Shown here: piece after piece, positions 12,919-25,370 of the stretch
How the letters are laid out: each line of letters begins with the position of its first letter
Position numbering within the stretch: position 1 is the first letter of the stretch
Assembly (NCBI GenBank): GCA_951406725.2
Contig: OX597829.1
Coordinates: 53,506,001 to 53,570,000, forward strand
DNA length: 64,000 nucleotides
From: Octopus vulgaris
Taxonomy: Eukaryota
Direction: 5' to 3'
The notes under the pieces: generated by a model
What the model was told of the DNA's origin: nothing
What the model saw: the letters and a program-made list of their open reading frames with translations, nothing else
The model's database searches: none
Program-made: the position numbers and the translations under genes

Positions 12919-13301
12919 ATAGTAACAGGAAGGGCATCCAGTTTAGAAACCAACTTTTATCTTTTACTTGTATCAGTCATTGGATTGCAGCTAAACAAAT
13001 CGACCCCAGTACTAATTTTTAAGCCAGGTACTTATCCTAAGTTATGGGGACATAAACAAACCAACACCAGTTGTCAAGTGGTTTTGTGTTTTTAAATGTT
13101 TATCAATATTTTCAGAGTAGACAGATACATTCATCTCAAGAAAAGTAGATACATAAAGCAAAAGAAAAGTTGATACATAGATACATACATACATTGTTGA
13201 ATTAAAAGTTTTTTAATATACAGTTTTTTCTTCACATGCTGCCACTAGATTTGATGACTATCTATTTAAAATAACGATGTTATCCTTTTGTGCCGTCAAG
13301 A

Positions 13302-13338
13302 CTATTGAAAAGGTTGCAAGATGCAACGAAAATTTTAG
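13302..13338 (+). ncRNA. Minimal hammerhead motif with U3-A8 core variant
   Basis: CTA-TTGAAAA-G-GTTGCA-AGA-TGCAAC-GAAA-AT-T-T-TAG. It lies in a repeat (about 13200-13500) that also occurs at 62900-63090. Confidence 0.55.
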
Positions 13339-13529
13339 GAAAATAAAAATAAGAAATAAGTGGAAATTTTACCGGTGAGTGTGTTACATTATAAGGCACA
13401 AAAAGAAAATCTTCCCAGACACAACAGAATATGCTTCAACACACAAACTCATATAAAGAATCTTGCAAACCAAATCCAAAAACAAAAGATGTTATTCCTA
13501 TTTATATACTTACATACATACATACATAC

Positions 13530-13862
13530 ATTATTATGGCTGCCCCCTCGTTATCGAGTATGGCCATTGCACGAAGCTTAACTGTTATTGATGTTGTGAT
13601 CAAATGTGACGTTTTAGCCCAGCTAAAGATCTACAGTGTCTTGTACAGAATTGGCAACTAAAACCTTTACCGGTAATAGCCAGCTGTAGTTGTAACTGGG
13701 CTTCATGTACCTTTGCATGTCGTTTAAGTCCTCCTGCTGAATTACACTCTGCCCGACAGATATGATTAGTATGGTGTGTTACACCACCACCAGTGGCCAG
13801 GTTGTTACTCATCTGTCTCACTTTATGACTACGAAGATGACTCTTGAGTCCTGGTAACATGT
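13530..13862 (-). mobile_element. RTE-BovB-type LINE 3' end with tandem C2H2 zinc fingers
   Basis: GLKSHLRSH...ICRAECNSAGGLKRHAKVH...CQFCTRHCRSLAGLKRH, followed by a short UTR and (TAA) tail. Confidence 0.65.
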
Positions 13863-14155
13863 AACCCAGTACAACCTGTTGCATGGTCGGGTCGTCGGCG
13901 ACTAAACCGGCAACACCACCAAGCCTGCTTGGTGAGGAGGGTGTTTATTGGGCACCCTGCAGGATGAAAAACAAAACCTGTCAAAGGGCAGAGGAACTCT
14001 TGAGAGTCAACAGCCATCCAATAAATGCCTTAAGGCTGTAATCATGCGCGGGGACATAGAAATAATCGAACTGAATACCCGATCGCGCGGTTAAACCATT
14101 GGGAGTGAAGGACTCCTAGCCTTTGTTAGGGCATCCTTCTAGGAGAAGGTAACTA
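13863..14155 (+). mobile_element. RTE-type 5' UTR fragment with an HDV-like ribozyme remnant
   Basis: It ends in GGGCATCCTTCTAGGAGAAGG, similar to a motif I recall from RTE 5' UTRs, and starts with a pseudoknot-like CCAGT...ACCGG segment. Confidence 0.45.
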
Positions 14156-14178
14156 GGTAACATACATACATACATACA

Positions 14179-14240
<62 letters not shown>

Positions 14241-14834
14241 TTAAAAGTGGGAGAGAGGAGGGACACAGAGGAAGTGAGAGAGACAGTAGATACATAGATC
14301 AAAGCAAAAGTCGATGCAAAAGTACTTAGATACATTGTTAGATCAAAGACAAATAACTACACTTTCACTTTTCATTACCACACGAAGATAAAATTAACTC
14401 ACAAGTGGCTGAGTATTCCACAGGCATGCATACCATTAATGTAGTTTTCAGGGAGATTCAACCTCACGCAGAATATGACAAGGCTGGCCCCTTTCAGTTA
14501 CAGCTACAACTCATTTTGGCCAGCTGGGTGGACTGGAACAAGATAAGCCTTCAAGTGGTTGGAAGAAAATGAAAAAAAGATCCTATGTAGGAGCAGGAAA
14601 ATCTTTTTAGTCATGAGGGTGTTAACAGCAGCATTTGTGGGTTTCACAGATCTGGAGGTGAAGCCCCAAGATAAATACCGATGACAGTCTTGTTATCAAA
14701 CTGAGTATGAATCAAGGATGAAATCACACAACAAAATAGCAATTGTTCCTTCTTAATTAATTCTGCTTATACTAAACATGACATTGTTGCCTTTTGATAT
14801 GGAACATTTCCTTTTCTTTCACTTTTTTAAAGAT

Positions 14835-15155
14835 GATACTCCATCGATCACAACAACAAGGTTCCTGTTTATCTGATCAACAGAACAGTCTGCTCATAAA
14901 ATTAATGCGCAGGTGGCTGAGTACTCTGCAGACATGCATACCATAATGTAGTTCTCAGGGAGATTCAGCCTCATACAGAATGTAATATGGCCGGTCCCTT
15001 TGAATTACAGCTACAATTCACTTTGCCAACTTAATGGACTGTAGCAAGGTGAAGTAGAGCACTTTGCTTAAGAACACAGTGTATTGTAGGGAATCGTACT
15101 CACGACTTTACGATCATTGACTGAATACCTCTAATCACTGAACCATGCCACTTCA
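14835..15155 (-). mobile_element. tRNA-derived SINE (family D head, family C1 tail)
   Basis: The 3' part matches 55140-55317 but the head differs. A partial copy lies at 14380-14540. Confidence 0.65.
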
Positions 15156-15621
15156 CTCTTTTAACCGTAGAGAAAATGAGTGAAGCGATGGAGACAGAAA
15201 GGAGAGCCTCAGTCATTTAAAATGACAATTTGACTGAGATACGATCAATGTTTTCAAGAACAATGGAGAAGAGAGAAAGACATTTAGCAATGAATAGAAG
15301 GAAAGTTTTTTCAGGTGTTTATGTTTTTATTCTGGGAGTTCTAGAACGATTGAGTTTTAGTTCTCTCTTCTTCCCCCTCCTCCACAAGTACTTACGTCTT
15401 TTGGTCGGGGAGGAAAGACTATGTTTTTTTTTTACAGGCATGTTTTTTATGTCTTCTCTACAAACCACAAACAAGCACCCCCACCCCATCACCACCCCAC
15501 CTACTTCGACTAAAGGGCAGTGCTCCAGTATGGCCAAAATCAAATGACTGAAACAAGTAAAAGAATAAAAGAATGCTAGAAAAACGTTCTGTACCACTAA
15601 ACCAAGAAGGTTCTTTGAATA

Positions 15622-15870
15622 TACGTAATTTACATTTGATGGATATTTGTCCTCATCTTGCTTGTTGTTAACACAATCTTTCAGCTGATATACCCTCCAG
15701 CCTTCATCAGGTGTCTTGGAGAAATTTCGAGCCTGGGTTCTCATTCCTAAGGTATATTTCGTTGTTGTTGTTGTTGTTGTTATTATTATTATTATTCAGG
15801 TCACTGCCTGGAATCGAACTCAGAATCTTGGGGTTAGTAACCTACTGTCTTAACCACTATGCCATATCCA
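15622..15870 (-). mobile_element. tRNA-headed SINE-like element with internal (AAT)n and a hammerhead-bearing tail
   Basis: Minus strand: A-box TGGCATAGTGG, B-box GTTCGATTC, (AAT)n(AAC)n, then GACAC-CTGATGA-A-GGCTG...CAGCT-GAAA-GA-TT-GTGTT. Confidence 0.6.
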
Positions 15871-15988
15871 TATTCTTTGAATATGTACGATGTATTCTAA
15901 GGTTAAATAGTAATTCTGTTTACATTTGTGTAACTGAGATATTTTAGTTGGATTATATAGTTATCGGTTTTATACTTCTTTCTATATA

Positions 15989-17267
15989 TTAGGTCATCAA
16001 GTATGAGATTTGTAGAAAAGAAAAAAGTTTGCTAATGTTTTATAAATTCAAGAAATAGTTTTATTCATCAAAGTATGGATCCATACTGTCAATACACCTT
16101 TGCCATTTCAGTGGTAGCTTGTCCAGCCCAGAACTGTAAAAGCCTGGCCATCTAGAGTCAATAAAATCTTGGAAGGTCTGCTTTACACCATTGTCGGAAT
16201 TTAATTTTCTTCCCCATCAAAAAGTAATCTAAATTCTGGAAGAAGTGGTAGTCAGTGGAGGCAAGATCAGGTGAGTATGGTGGATAATAGAGAACTTCCA
16301 ACTCCAACTCCTGTAGTTTTACCAATGTCATTTTTGTGATGTGTGGTGTGGCGTTGTCTTGCAATAAAATAGGGGTGGAGCTGTTGACTAATCTAGGCTG
16401 GGTTTTTTGTAAGTTTCTGCATCATTTGGTCCAGTTGGCTGCAGTATACTTTGGCCATGATTGATGAGCCAGGTTTAATGAAATCATTATGGATCACACC
16501 TGCAGAAGACCACCAAACACATACTATCAGCTTCTTTTGATGAATTTTGCTTTTTGGACTGTTTTGGTGCCTCCTCTTGGTCCAACCATTGAGTTGAACG
16601 TTTATGGTTGTTTTATAGGATCATTTTTCATCACATGTTACAATTCGATTAAAAAATGCTTCATTTTTGTGACGAGAAAGTAGCATGATGCAGACTTCCA
16701 AATGTTGCTGTTTCTGATTTTCATTGAGTTCATGTGGAACCTACTTATCCAACTTTTTAACTTTACCGATTTGAACTAGTCAATATCATTTTCTTGCTAA
16801 CACCAAACAACATGGATAATTCACAGGCACTTTGAGATGGATCTGCCTCGATGGTGGCTTTCAGTTCATCATTAACCACCTTTGTTTCTGGTTGACTGTA
16901 TTGCTCATTTGTGAGGTCAAAGTTACCAGAATGAAATTTTGCAAACCAATTTGATACTGTCTGCTGTGTAATAACATTAAAATGAAATACTCCATTAATA
17001 TTATGAGCTGTGTGTGATGGTGTATTTCCAAGAAAGAACTCATATTTCAAAACTGAACGAATTTCCAACTTATCCATCTCTAAACAAAAATAGCAAAAAG
17101 CGATTTATAAATACTTTATAAAGCACAAAATAAGTTAGAATAAAGAAACAGATGCCTCAGCTTTCTAACAAAAAATAAAGATTGTCAAAATATAATAATG
17201 GCGCAAAATGAGCAGCTGTCAAAGTTTACCATGTACCTTACAACAAATTTCCTACTTAATGGCCTAA
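15989..17267 (-). mobile_element. Mariner DNA transposon, full-length and decayed
   Basis: TIRs TTAGGTCATCAAGTATGAGATTTGT / ACAAATTTCCTACTTAATGGCCTAA with TA TSDs. The broken transposase includes MDKLEIRSVLKYEF..., QDNATPH and YPPYSPDLASTDYHFF. Confidence 0.92.
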
Positions 17268-17537
17268 TACTGTAAGTGTTATTATATAGAAACATTCCAC
17301 ATGGCACCAGCACACAATTTACAAATGCTTACATTTTTTATATTTTCTGCAAAATTTTCATGGGTCCAGCTAGTAGTTATTAAAATTATAAACAAGGGTA
17401 TCCAATTTTTACTAGTTTATTTGTCTTTTTTCATCTTGTGTTGTATTGAATACTTAATGTAGTTTTAGAGTCAGGTTTTGACTGCTATTTCAAGCATGGT
17501 GGTTACTCTTAGACATCCTTGTTTTTGATTTTATATA

Positions 17538-17642
<105 letters not shown>

Positions 17643-17649
17643 GTATGTA

Positions 17650-17686
<37 letters not shown>

Positions 17687-17687
<1 letters not shown>

Positions 17688-18983
17688 CGCTGAGTCACTA
17701 TCAGAACTGGAGGAGAAGTTCCAGGTGTGGAAGGAGGGTTTAGAATCGAGGGGCCTTAGAGTCAACCTAGCTAAAACCAAAGTACTAATAAGTAGAAAGG
17801 TAGAAAATCCACAAATATCCTCAGGAAGATGGCCCTGCTCAATCTGTAGAAAAGGTGTAGGTAGAAACTCTATAAGATGTACCCAGTGTAAGCTATGGAC
17901 ACATAAGAGGTGCAGCAATGTCAAAGGTAGGCTAACTGGGAAGATAGTTTTTGTATGTGGCAGGTGCTCTGGAGCATTGACCTCCAGAAATCTGCAGAAA
18001 ACAACTTCCGTCACTTTCCGGGGGGAAAAACTAGAAGTAGTTGATAGCTTCCGCTATCTAGGTGACCAAGTCAGTAGTGGGGGTGGGTGCGCTGAAAGTG
18101 TAACTGCTAGAATAAGAATAGCCTGGGCAAAGTTTAGGGAGCTCTTACCTCTGCTGGTGACTAAAGGCCTCTCGCTCAGAGTAAAAGGCAGACTGTATGA
18201 TGCATGTGTACGAACAGCTATGCTACATGGCAGTGAAACATGGGCCGTGACTGCTGAGGACATGCGTAAGCTCGTGAGGAACGAAGCCAGTATGCTCCGA
18301 TGGATGTGTAATGTCAGTGTACTTACTCGACAGACCATTAGTACCTTGAGAGAAATGTTGTACCTAAGAAGCATCAGTTGTTGTGTGCAAGAGAGACGAT
18401 TGTGCTGGTATGGTCATGTGGCGAGAATGGATGAAGATAGGTGTGTGAGAAAGTGCCAATCCCTAGCAGTTGAGGGAACCCGTGGAAGAGGTAGACCCAG
18501 GAAAACCTGGGACGAGGTGGTGAAGCACGACCTTCGGACGTTAGGTCTCACCATGGAAATGACTAGAGACCGAGACCTATGGAAGTATGCTGTGCGTGAG
18601 AAGACCCGGCAAGACTAGTGAAGCCATAATCCATGGCCCCTACCTGGGACGTAGTCAGTCCACCTGTGCATACCTTCCTTCTTGTGACACTTGTGAAGAC
18701 CTGTTGAGGCAAGTGAGAATCGAATCGAATCAAATCGAACCAAATCAAAATAGATGAACATCAATGGAATTTGTATCCTTGTGGTACCAGTGCCGGTGGC
18801 ACATAAAATCACCCACTACACTCTCGGAGTGGTTGGCGTTAGGAAGGGCATCCAGCTGTAGAAACACTGCCATATCTGACTGGCCTGGTGCAGCCTTCGG
18901 GCTTGCCAGACCCCAGTTGAACCGTCCAACCCATGCTAGCATGGAAAGCGGACGTTAAACGATGATGATGATGATGATGATGA
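17687..18983 (+). mobile_element. RTE-clade LINE, 5'-truncated (RT C-terminus plus complete 3' UTR)
   Basis: A 297-aa open frame [10 protein letters not shown]...[11 protein letters not shown]...MLHGSETW...WYGHVARM...RGRGRPRKTW, followed by a UTR ending in (GAT)n. Confidence 0.93.
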
Positions 18984-19384
18984 TATATATATATATATAC
19001 ATACATACACACACAGACACTGCACAACTACTTGTACATAGAAATTTCATTTTCCCACATATCTGCCATTATTGAATTTTTTATGTTACCAAAATCTAGC
19101 AGTTGAAAGGTGTAACTAGTCCCACAGTCAGGTGTCAATAAAGATAGGATTGGGAAAATAGTTTTTATTAAGGTATAATACAGTGAATAATGAATTCATA
19201 TTGTATAGGACTAGTATTCACCATTAAATTTTTTTTGTCTTTTTGTCATTTTTTGAACCTTTCACCAGATCACAATCACAGGAGGAGCTGAATTCAGAAT
19301 GTTGTGTGAATAAACTTCTTGGCATTTTAACAGTGTTTCTTCTGTTTATTGTAATAAAAATTTCAGGACTATGTAACTGTGTTA

Positions 19385-19548
19385 GGTGGAAGTGTGGCTG
19401 TGTGGTAAAAATTTTGCTTCTCAACCACACCGTTACAGGTTTAGTCCCATTGTGTATTTCCTTGGGTAAGTGTCTTCCTATATAGCTACAGGCTGACCAA
19501 AGCCTTGTGAGTGGATTTTGGTAGACAGAAACTGAAAGAAAACCAGTC

Positions 19549-19579
<31 letters not shown>

Positions 19580-19830
19580 AAGAGTTTTTGTATGTATCAG
19601 TGTGTCTTTGTTTCTGTGTTTGTCCACGATCACTATCACCACCATTTGGCAATGGGTGCTGGTGTGTTTAGGTTTAGCAGTCCAGCAAATGGGACTGATA
19701 AAATAAGTGCGAAGCTTGAAAAAACATCAACTAAATATTGGGGGGGGGGGGTTGACCCAATTACTAAAAATTATTTGAGGTAGCACCCCAGCATGGCAAC
19801 ATTCTAATGATTGAAACAAGGGATAAAAGT
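19385..19830 (+). mobile_element. SINE family A, older copy
   Basis: Diverged match to 53949-54352. Confidence 0.7.
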
Positions 19831-20024
19831 TGTCTACTTACCACTCAGTGGATGCAGCTGCTGAAAGCAAAGTGTTTTCACTTCAGACAATTAAGTTGAG
19901 CCTTTGGTTACTCATCCCTCAACTAGTTACCCATGGCTCTATTGGCTATTACCCCTTCTGCTGATGATGACTAATATTCTGTTAGTGTCTAATATTATTA
20001 CGTTTGTAATATTAGTTCCAAAAA

Positions 20025-20270
20025 AGGCGGCGAGCTGGCAGAAACGTTAGCACACCTGGCGAGATAATTAGTGGTATTTCTTCTGCCAATTAGATTGACC
20101 CCAGTGCGCAACTGGTACTTAATTTATTGACCCCGAAAAGATGAAAGGCAAAATCGACCTCGGCGGAAGTTGAACTCAGAACGTAACAGCAGACGAAATA
20201 TCGCTAAGCATTTCACCCGGCATGCTAACGTTTCTGCCAGCTCACGGCTTAATAACAATTCTGCCTGCTC
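20025..20270. mobile_element. Inverted SINE family B pair (+ head joined to a - copy)
   Basis: 20025-20087 is a plus-strand head and 20090-20270 is a minus-strand copy including the head. Confidence 0.8.
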
Positions 20271-21249
20271 ACCATCTTCATGTATATGTATATTGAAAAA
20301 TTTTTCAGTGGGTGAATGACAACCACGTTTTAAATGCTTTATCAAAAACATAACAATAATAGATGACGATATATTTAATGAGTTTAAATTATGCAATAGA
20401 ACAATTCTATAATATAATCATAATTGATATACTTTTAATTTACATGTGTTGTTTAAATGCCAGAAGTTGTGGCTTTGCCAAGCTCTGATGTATATTGTGT
20501 TTTTTAGCACTATACAACTTTAGGGATTTTTCCAGGACACAAAAAAAACCCCATAGCTACTGGCATTTAACCAATGCACACATGTTAAATATGTGATATT
20601 GATAACATTCACATTACAGAGCTGTTTCCATTGTATAATCTGAGTTTATTGAACTTATGCTGCACCTTTGCAAATCAACAAATAGTTTTTATACTGTCTG
20701 TTGCATAGACTTTTAGAGACTAGCATTGATAAACTGCAAATACAGCAAAATAACATATCTGCTGTTCTTGTGATCATGATTTTGTTTTGACTATCTCTGA
20801 GGTATGTTGCGTTTTTTAGCACTACGTGTCTTTAAAAGGATTTTTCCAGATGAAAATAAAAAACAAAAACAAAAAACTCACATACAACATTTGGCATTTT
20901 TAGCATCACCATCATCATCAGCATCAGCATCATCATCATCATCAGCATCAGCATTAGCATTTAACATCTGTTTTCCATGCTGGCAAGGGTTGGACAATGT
21001 TAAATATATGGTGTTGATATATTTAATAGTCTGTTAGTCATATACATCAGTTAGTTTATGATTGACAACATCTAGAAAATAAAATCAGTATATGTGTGTG
21101 TGTGTGTGTGTGCATATGTGTGCACATGTGTGTGTGTATGTGTGTGCATGTGTGTGTTTGTGTTTGCATGTGTGTGTACAGTATGTGTCATGTATGTGTG
21201 TGAATGAGCAAGTAGGTGTGAGTTAGTGTATGCTACACCATTATACATC

Positions 21250-21299
<50 letters not shown>

Positions 21300-21509
21300 C
21301 AGCTGTAAGTGATTTTAATGATTTTAATAATTTATATTAAGGTTTTTTAATTGTATTCTTATCTTATATGTATTTAATTTTAATGTATATATGTATGTAA
21401 TTATGGTTGTTGTTTTGTTAAATCAATAAGTCAACATCCTAATATCCTGAAGCTGATAAACCAGCCAAATTGTTTCTCCGTTTTCTTATTTGTAATATAT
21501 ACTCTCTCT

Positions 21510-21902
21510 CTTTTTACTCTTTTACTTGTTTCAGTCATTTGACTGCGGCCATGCTGGAGCACCGCCTTTAGTTGAGCAAATCGACCCCGAGACTTATTCT
21601 TTGTAAGCCCAGTACTTATTCTATCGGTCTCTTTTGCCGAACCGCTAAGTGACGGGGACGTAAACACACCAGCATCGGTTGTCAAGCAATGCTAGGGGGA
21701 CAAACATATACACACACACACATATATATATATATAGATATATGCGACAGGCTTCTTTCAGTTTCCGTCTACCAAATCCACTCACAAGGCATTGGTCGGC
21801 CCGGGGCTATAGCAGAAGACACTTGCCCAAGATGCCACGCAGTGGGACTGAACCCGGAACCATGTGGTTGGTTAGCAAGCTACTTACCACACAGCCACTC
21901 CT
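21510..21902 (-). mobile_element. SINE family A, young near-full copy
   Basis: Nearly identical reverse complement of 53949-54352. Confidence 0.9.
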
Positions 21903-22049
21903 GTATATATATGTTATATATGTTTTCTTGCAAACAATTTGTAGACACACACTAACTCACACATACTCATTCACACACATACATGACAAATACTGTACGC
22001 ACACATGCAAACACACTTTCTCTCTCACACACACACACACACACAGATG

Positions 22050-25020
22050 TACACACTTATAAATCCCATATTAGCCAATTTTTTTTTATGTTTTTTGCAT
22101 TTAGAATTTCAAAGGTTACCAAAGCCCCACATGCTTGGGATATTTAGAGTATGGGCAACAGAAAAATTAATGATTTGTATAGATCCCTGTGTGCTGCCAT
22201 TTTGGATTTTTGAAATGGCTGTCACAAAATACATAAATTGCACTAAGTTGGTATTTAATCAATTAAGAAGCATAACGAATTAGGTTAATCCCGTGTTTCC
22301 TGAGTCTTCATTACACTTCTAATCCTAACACCTGTTTTCTTTTAGAAGTTTGCATATTTCAAATGGTCAGTGGTACCAGATGATATACTTCTTAGAAATA
22401 CAAGAAAATTCCACTCACATCTTTTAACCAATAAACTCTTCATTCAATATACCTGTTCCATGTTTCCAAAGAAAAAGAACCCACTTTTGGTATAGCTGTT
22501 CTAATTATTCTATATGATTCCTTTTTTTTTAGGAAAAATATTTAAAGGCAGCTTTTCTGTTCCTCTGATGATGTTCTGTACTTTCAGGGAATGACAACAG
22601 TGAAAGCCTCAACATCATCATCATCATCATTGTTTAATGTACATTTTCCATGCTGGCATGGGTTGGATGGCTTGACAGGAGCTAACCAGCTGGAGAGCTG
22701 TTTATGCTCCAATTGTCTGTTGGTAGAAAATTTCAACATGGCATGGAGGCAGTTGTTGTGAGTCCAAAGATGGAATCCTTTCAGAAACTAATTGATGTTC
22801 TAATGAATCGATCCAGCATACATGATGGACAATTTGTTACACTTAAATGATGCATCCAACAATGTAAGATATGGTTACTACACTGAGCATGACAAAAACT
22901 AGAGTTGTATAGCCTTATAATTTTGGTAGTGTCTGTTGGCACCAGTCGAGAAACTTAACAAACACCACATTCTTGTCAAGAAACAAGAAGCAAAGAATCA
23001 ATATCTGAAAAAATATCTGTGATTGGTTTATGGTTTCAGTTGGATTGATGTAAGACACTAATCAGAAGAATTCATTCAAGAACTACAAGCTATGAATCCC
23101 AGGCCACTGATTGCCTCAGATGGAATTATCATTCTATGTACTAATTGTTTGGAAAAAACAACAACCCATGAGCACCAGCATCTGAGGGACATGTTCATGA
23201 AGGAGAAAAATCATCAAATTTTCTGAAAACCAAAAAATTACTATTGCGGATAGCAGGGTGCTTGTCCAACAGCTGGCAAAGAAATTTGATACAATCAGCA
23301 CAGTTACAGATCTCGGCCAACAGTTTAATGACAGGTTCTTGTGTTGACAGCTAATTTTGATAAGGTTATTCTGGTCTTCAACAAAAAAAGCTGATTCACT
23401 GAAGCAGAAATGATGACTACCCAAACAAACCATTTAGTAACAGATTGCTAATGACACAAATATTAAATGCATTCCAATAAGATGGTTCCTATCTCATAAA
23501 AAGTTGATAACCAATGTAACTGAATACCTTATGAAAGCAGCTGTGAAGAATAATACCAAAAAAAAAAAGAAAAAAAAGAAATCTTCTAAAAGTTAATCCT
23601 TATATCATCAGTATCAGTCTGCAAAAGAGGCAACTGTAATATGAAGTCTGAAGGTAATGGCAACGAGGTGGCTGCGACACTGATGTAGCACAGATGGTTT
23701 TCTTCAGCGCCCAGATATCAATGTCTTGGAGTTTGCTGTTATACACTATTACAAACATGGCAAACTTACTGTGATATGTATGGTATCAGGGACTGGAATG
23801 AGATAAGACATCAGCACAGCCGATATTCCATTCTATATATTCACTGGAGCAGAGAATGCCAGAAGGTTTACTGAAGTAGGAAAAACTCAGTGATTCCAAC
23901 AACACTGATGAAACTCAAAGAGGAAGTTGACCAAACACAGACACCAAAAGATGCATTGGTCAGCTTTGTATGTTTAAAGAGTATCCTTGTAACACTCATA
24001 TTCCTGATCTTTGGTGGTATTTGGTTTCGTAAACAACTTCAGAAGACAGCAATTGACATTCTACAAATGGTGCCCTTGAAAAGCACTTTGAATGTTTGTG
24101 CAAATGGTATAGGATGTGGTGCCAAACTTCTGAAATGCAGCAACAGCTGCTCTACTCAAATATTGTTACTTTCAGGATGAACATAGTAAGATACCAAATA
24201 TTGATATGAAAGTTCCAATGGCATCACCAACCATTGTGTCATTGGTCACATGTCAGTATAAGCTCTTTAACACAACCCAGAAGAATGGCTTGTGCAGACT
24301 TTTGTGTACCTGGAAATGACTGTGAAAACAATGTGTGTAGTAGTGCCAAATATGACACTCTGGTAGAAAGAAAGATATACAAAAGTAAATGACTGAACAA
24401 TAACAGTTGTCAACTGTAGTTCCCAGGGTTGCATGTGAGCCCCGAGCATCCTTTCGGTGGCCCCTGACAGTTTTCCTTCTATAAATATAATAAAAGTTTT
24501 TTTTTATTAACTTGTATTTTACTTTTTTTGAAGTGGTCTCCTAAAATATGCAGGTTTTGGATCTGGTCTGGACATTAAAATGGTTGAGAATCATTGGCAT
24601 AGACCCTATGTATAAGGTTTTAGTTCAACCCAAAGCCTAATAAAGCTGTTTCTTTCGTTTTATACCTATAACTTCAAAGACCTTGCAACTAGTATTATTT
24701 AATACAAATGTATGATGCATATAAAGACCATGTTTTTTAGATACCCTTGTTGTTTTATCTGTAATCATTGGATTCCTTGACCCAGAAAATATAGGATTAG
24801 CATTATTAATTAAGTTTATAGATTGACTAGAAGCCAAGAGAGTGCAAAATATGTATTTTGTGTATTTTTGAAAATCTAAAATGGCAGCCATACTGGTATC
24901 TGTACAAATGCCAACATTGATTTTTAGATTCTCCATGCTCTAGTGATTAAAATAATGTATGTGTTTGCTAATCACCAAAAATTTGGAACAAAACTTATTT
25001 GTTAACATAGTGAAGTTGCC
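22050..25020 (+). mobile_element. Academ-superfamily DNA transposon relic
   Basis: Broken frames give CPDINVLEFAVIHY...GTG, FYIFTGAENARRFTEVGK and VPMASPTIVSLVTCQ...CADFC...CEN, matching Academ motifs (DTDV, FHAxTGCD...GK, Cys-rich C-terminus). Long degenerate inverted ends lie at about 22170-22300 and 24780-24910. Confidence 0.7.
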
Positions 25021-25024
25021 TATA

Positions 25025-25370
25025 AATATTGTGCTATGTTGCGTGGTTGTGAGAGGTGGGCAAGGAATGTGGAGGGTCAGTGAAAGGGAATGAATAAGAG
25101 GAGAGTATGATATGTTTTTATGAGAAAATACCAACCTGCAAAACAAAATGCAAAAAACAAGAGAACAGAAAGAGCAAGTTGGCATCAAAGATATCGGAAG
25201 ATGTGGGGGAGTTGATGGCACTGGTTTTTTATGTGTGATGCAAATGGATAAAAGAGTATTATGTGCGGACCATAAAGCGTTCCTGGCAAAAGCAAGCAAG
25301 ATATGGAACTTAATGTGGATAGATCTTAGACAAGATGAAATGACATGGAATCTAACAGACTGGCAGCCCA
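25025..25370 (+). pseudogene. Highly decayed RTE RT C-terminal remnant
   Basis: AMLRGCERWA...VGIKDI...MQMDK...DL resembles the MLHGSETWA...LRSI...RMDED...DL series. Confidence 0.45.

Noticed and set aside
13600-13884. Host C2H2 zinc-finger gene
   Set aside because: It lacks TGEKP linkers and is followed by a LINE-type short UTR and tail, so it fits an RTE C-terminus better.
15797-15870. Possible tRNA gene (also the heads at 50361, 53949 and 54941)
   Set aside because: A and B boxes are present but there is no complete acceptor stem, and each continues into a SINE body.
19269-19372. Plus-strand exon candidate after a pyrimidine tract
   Set aside because: No recognisable product or partner exons.
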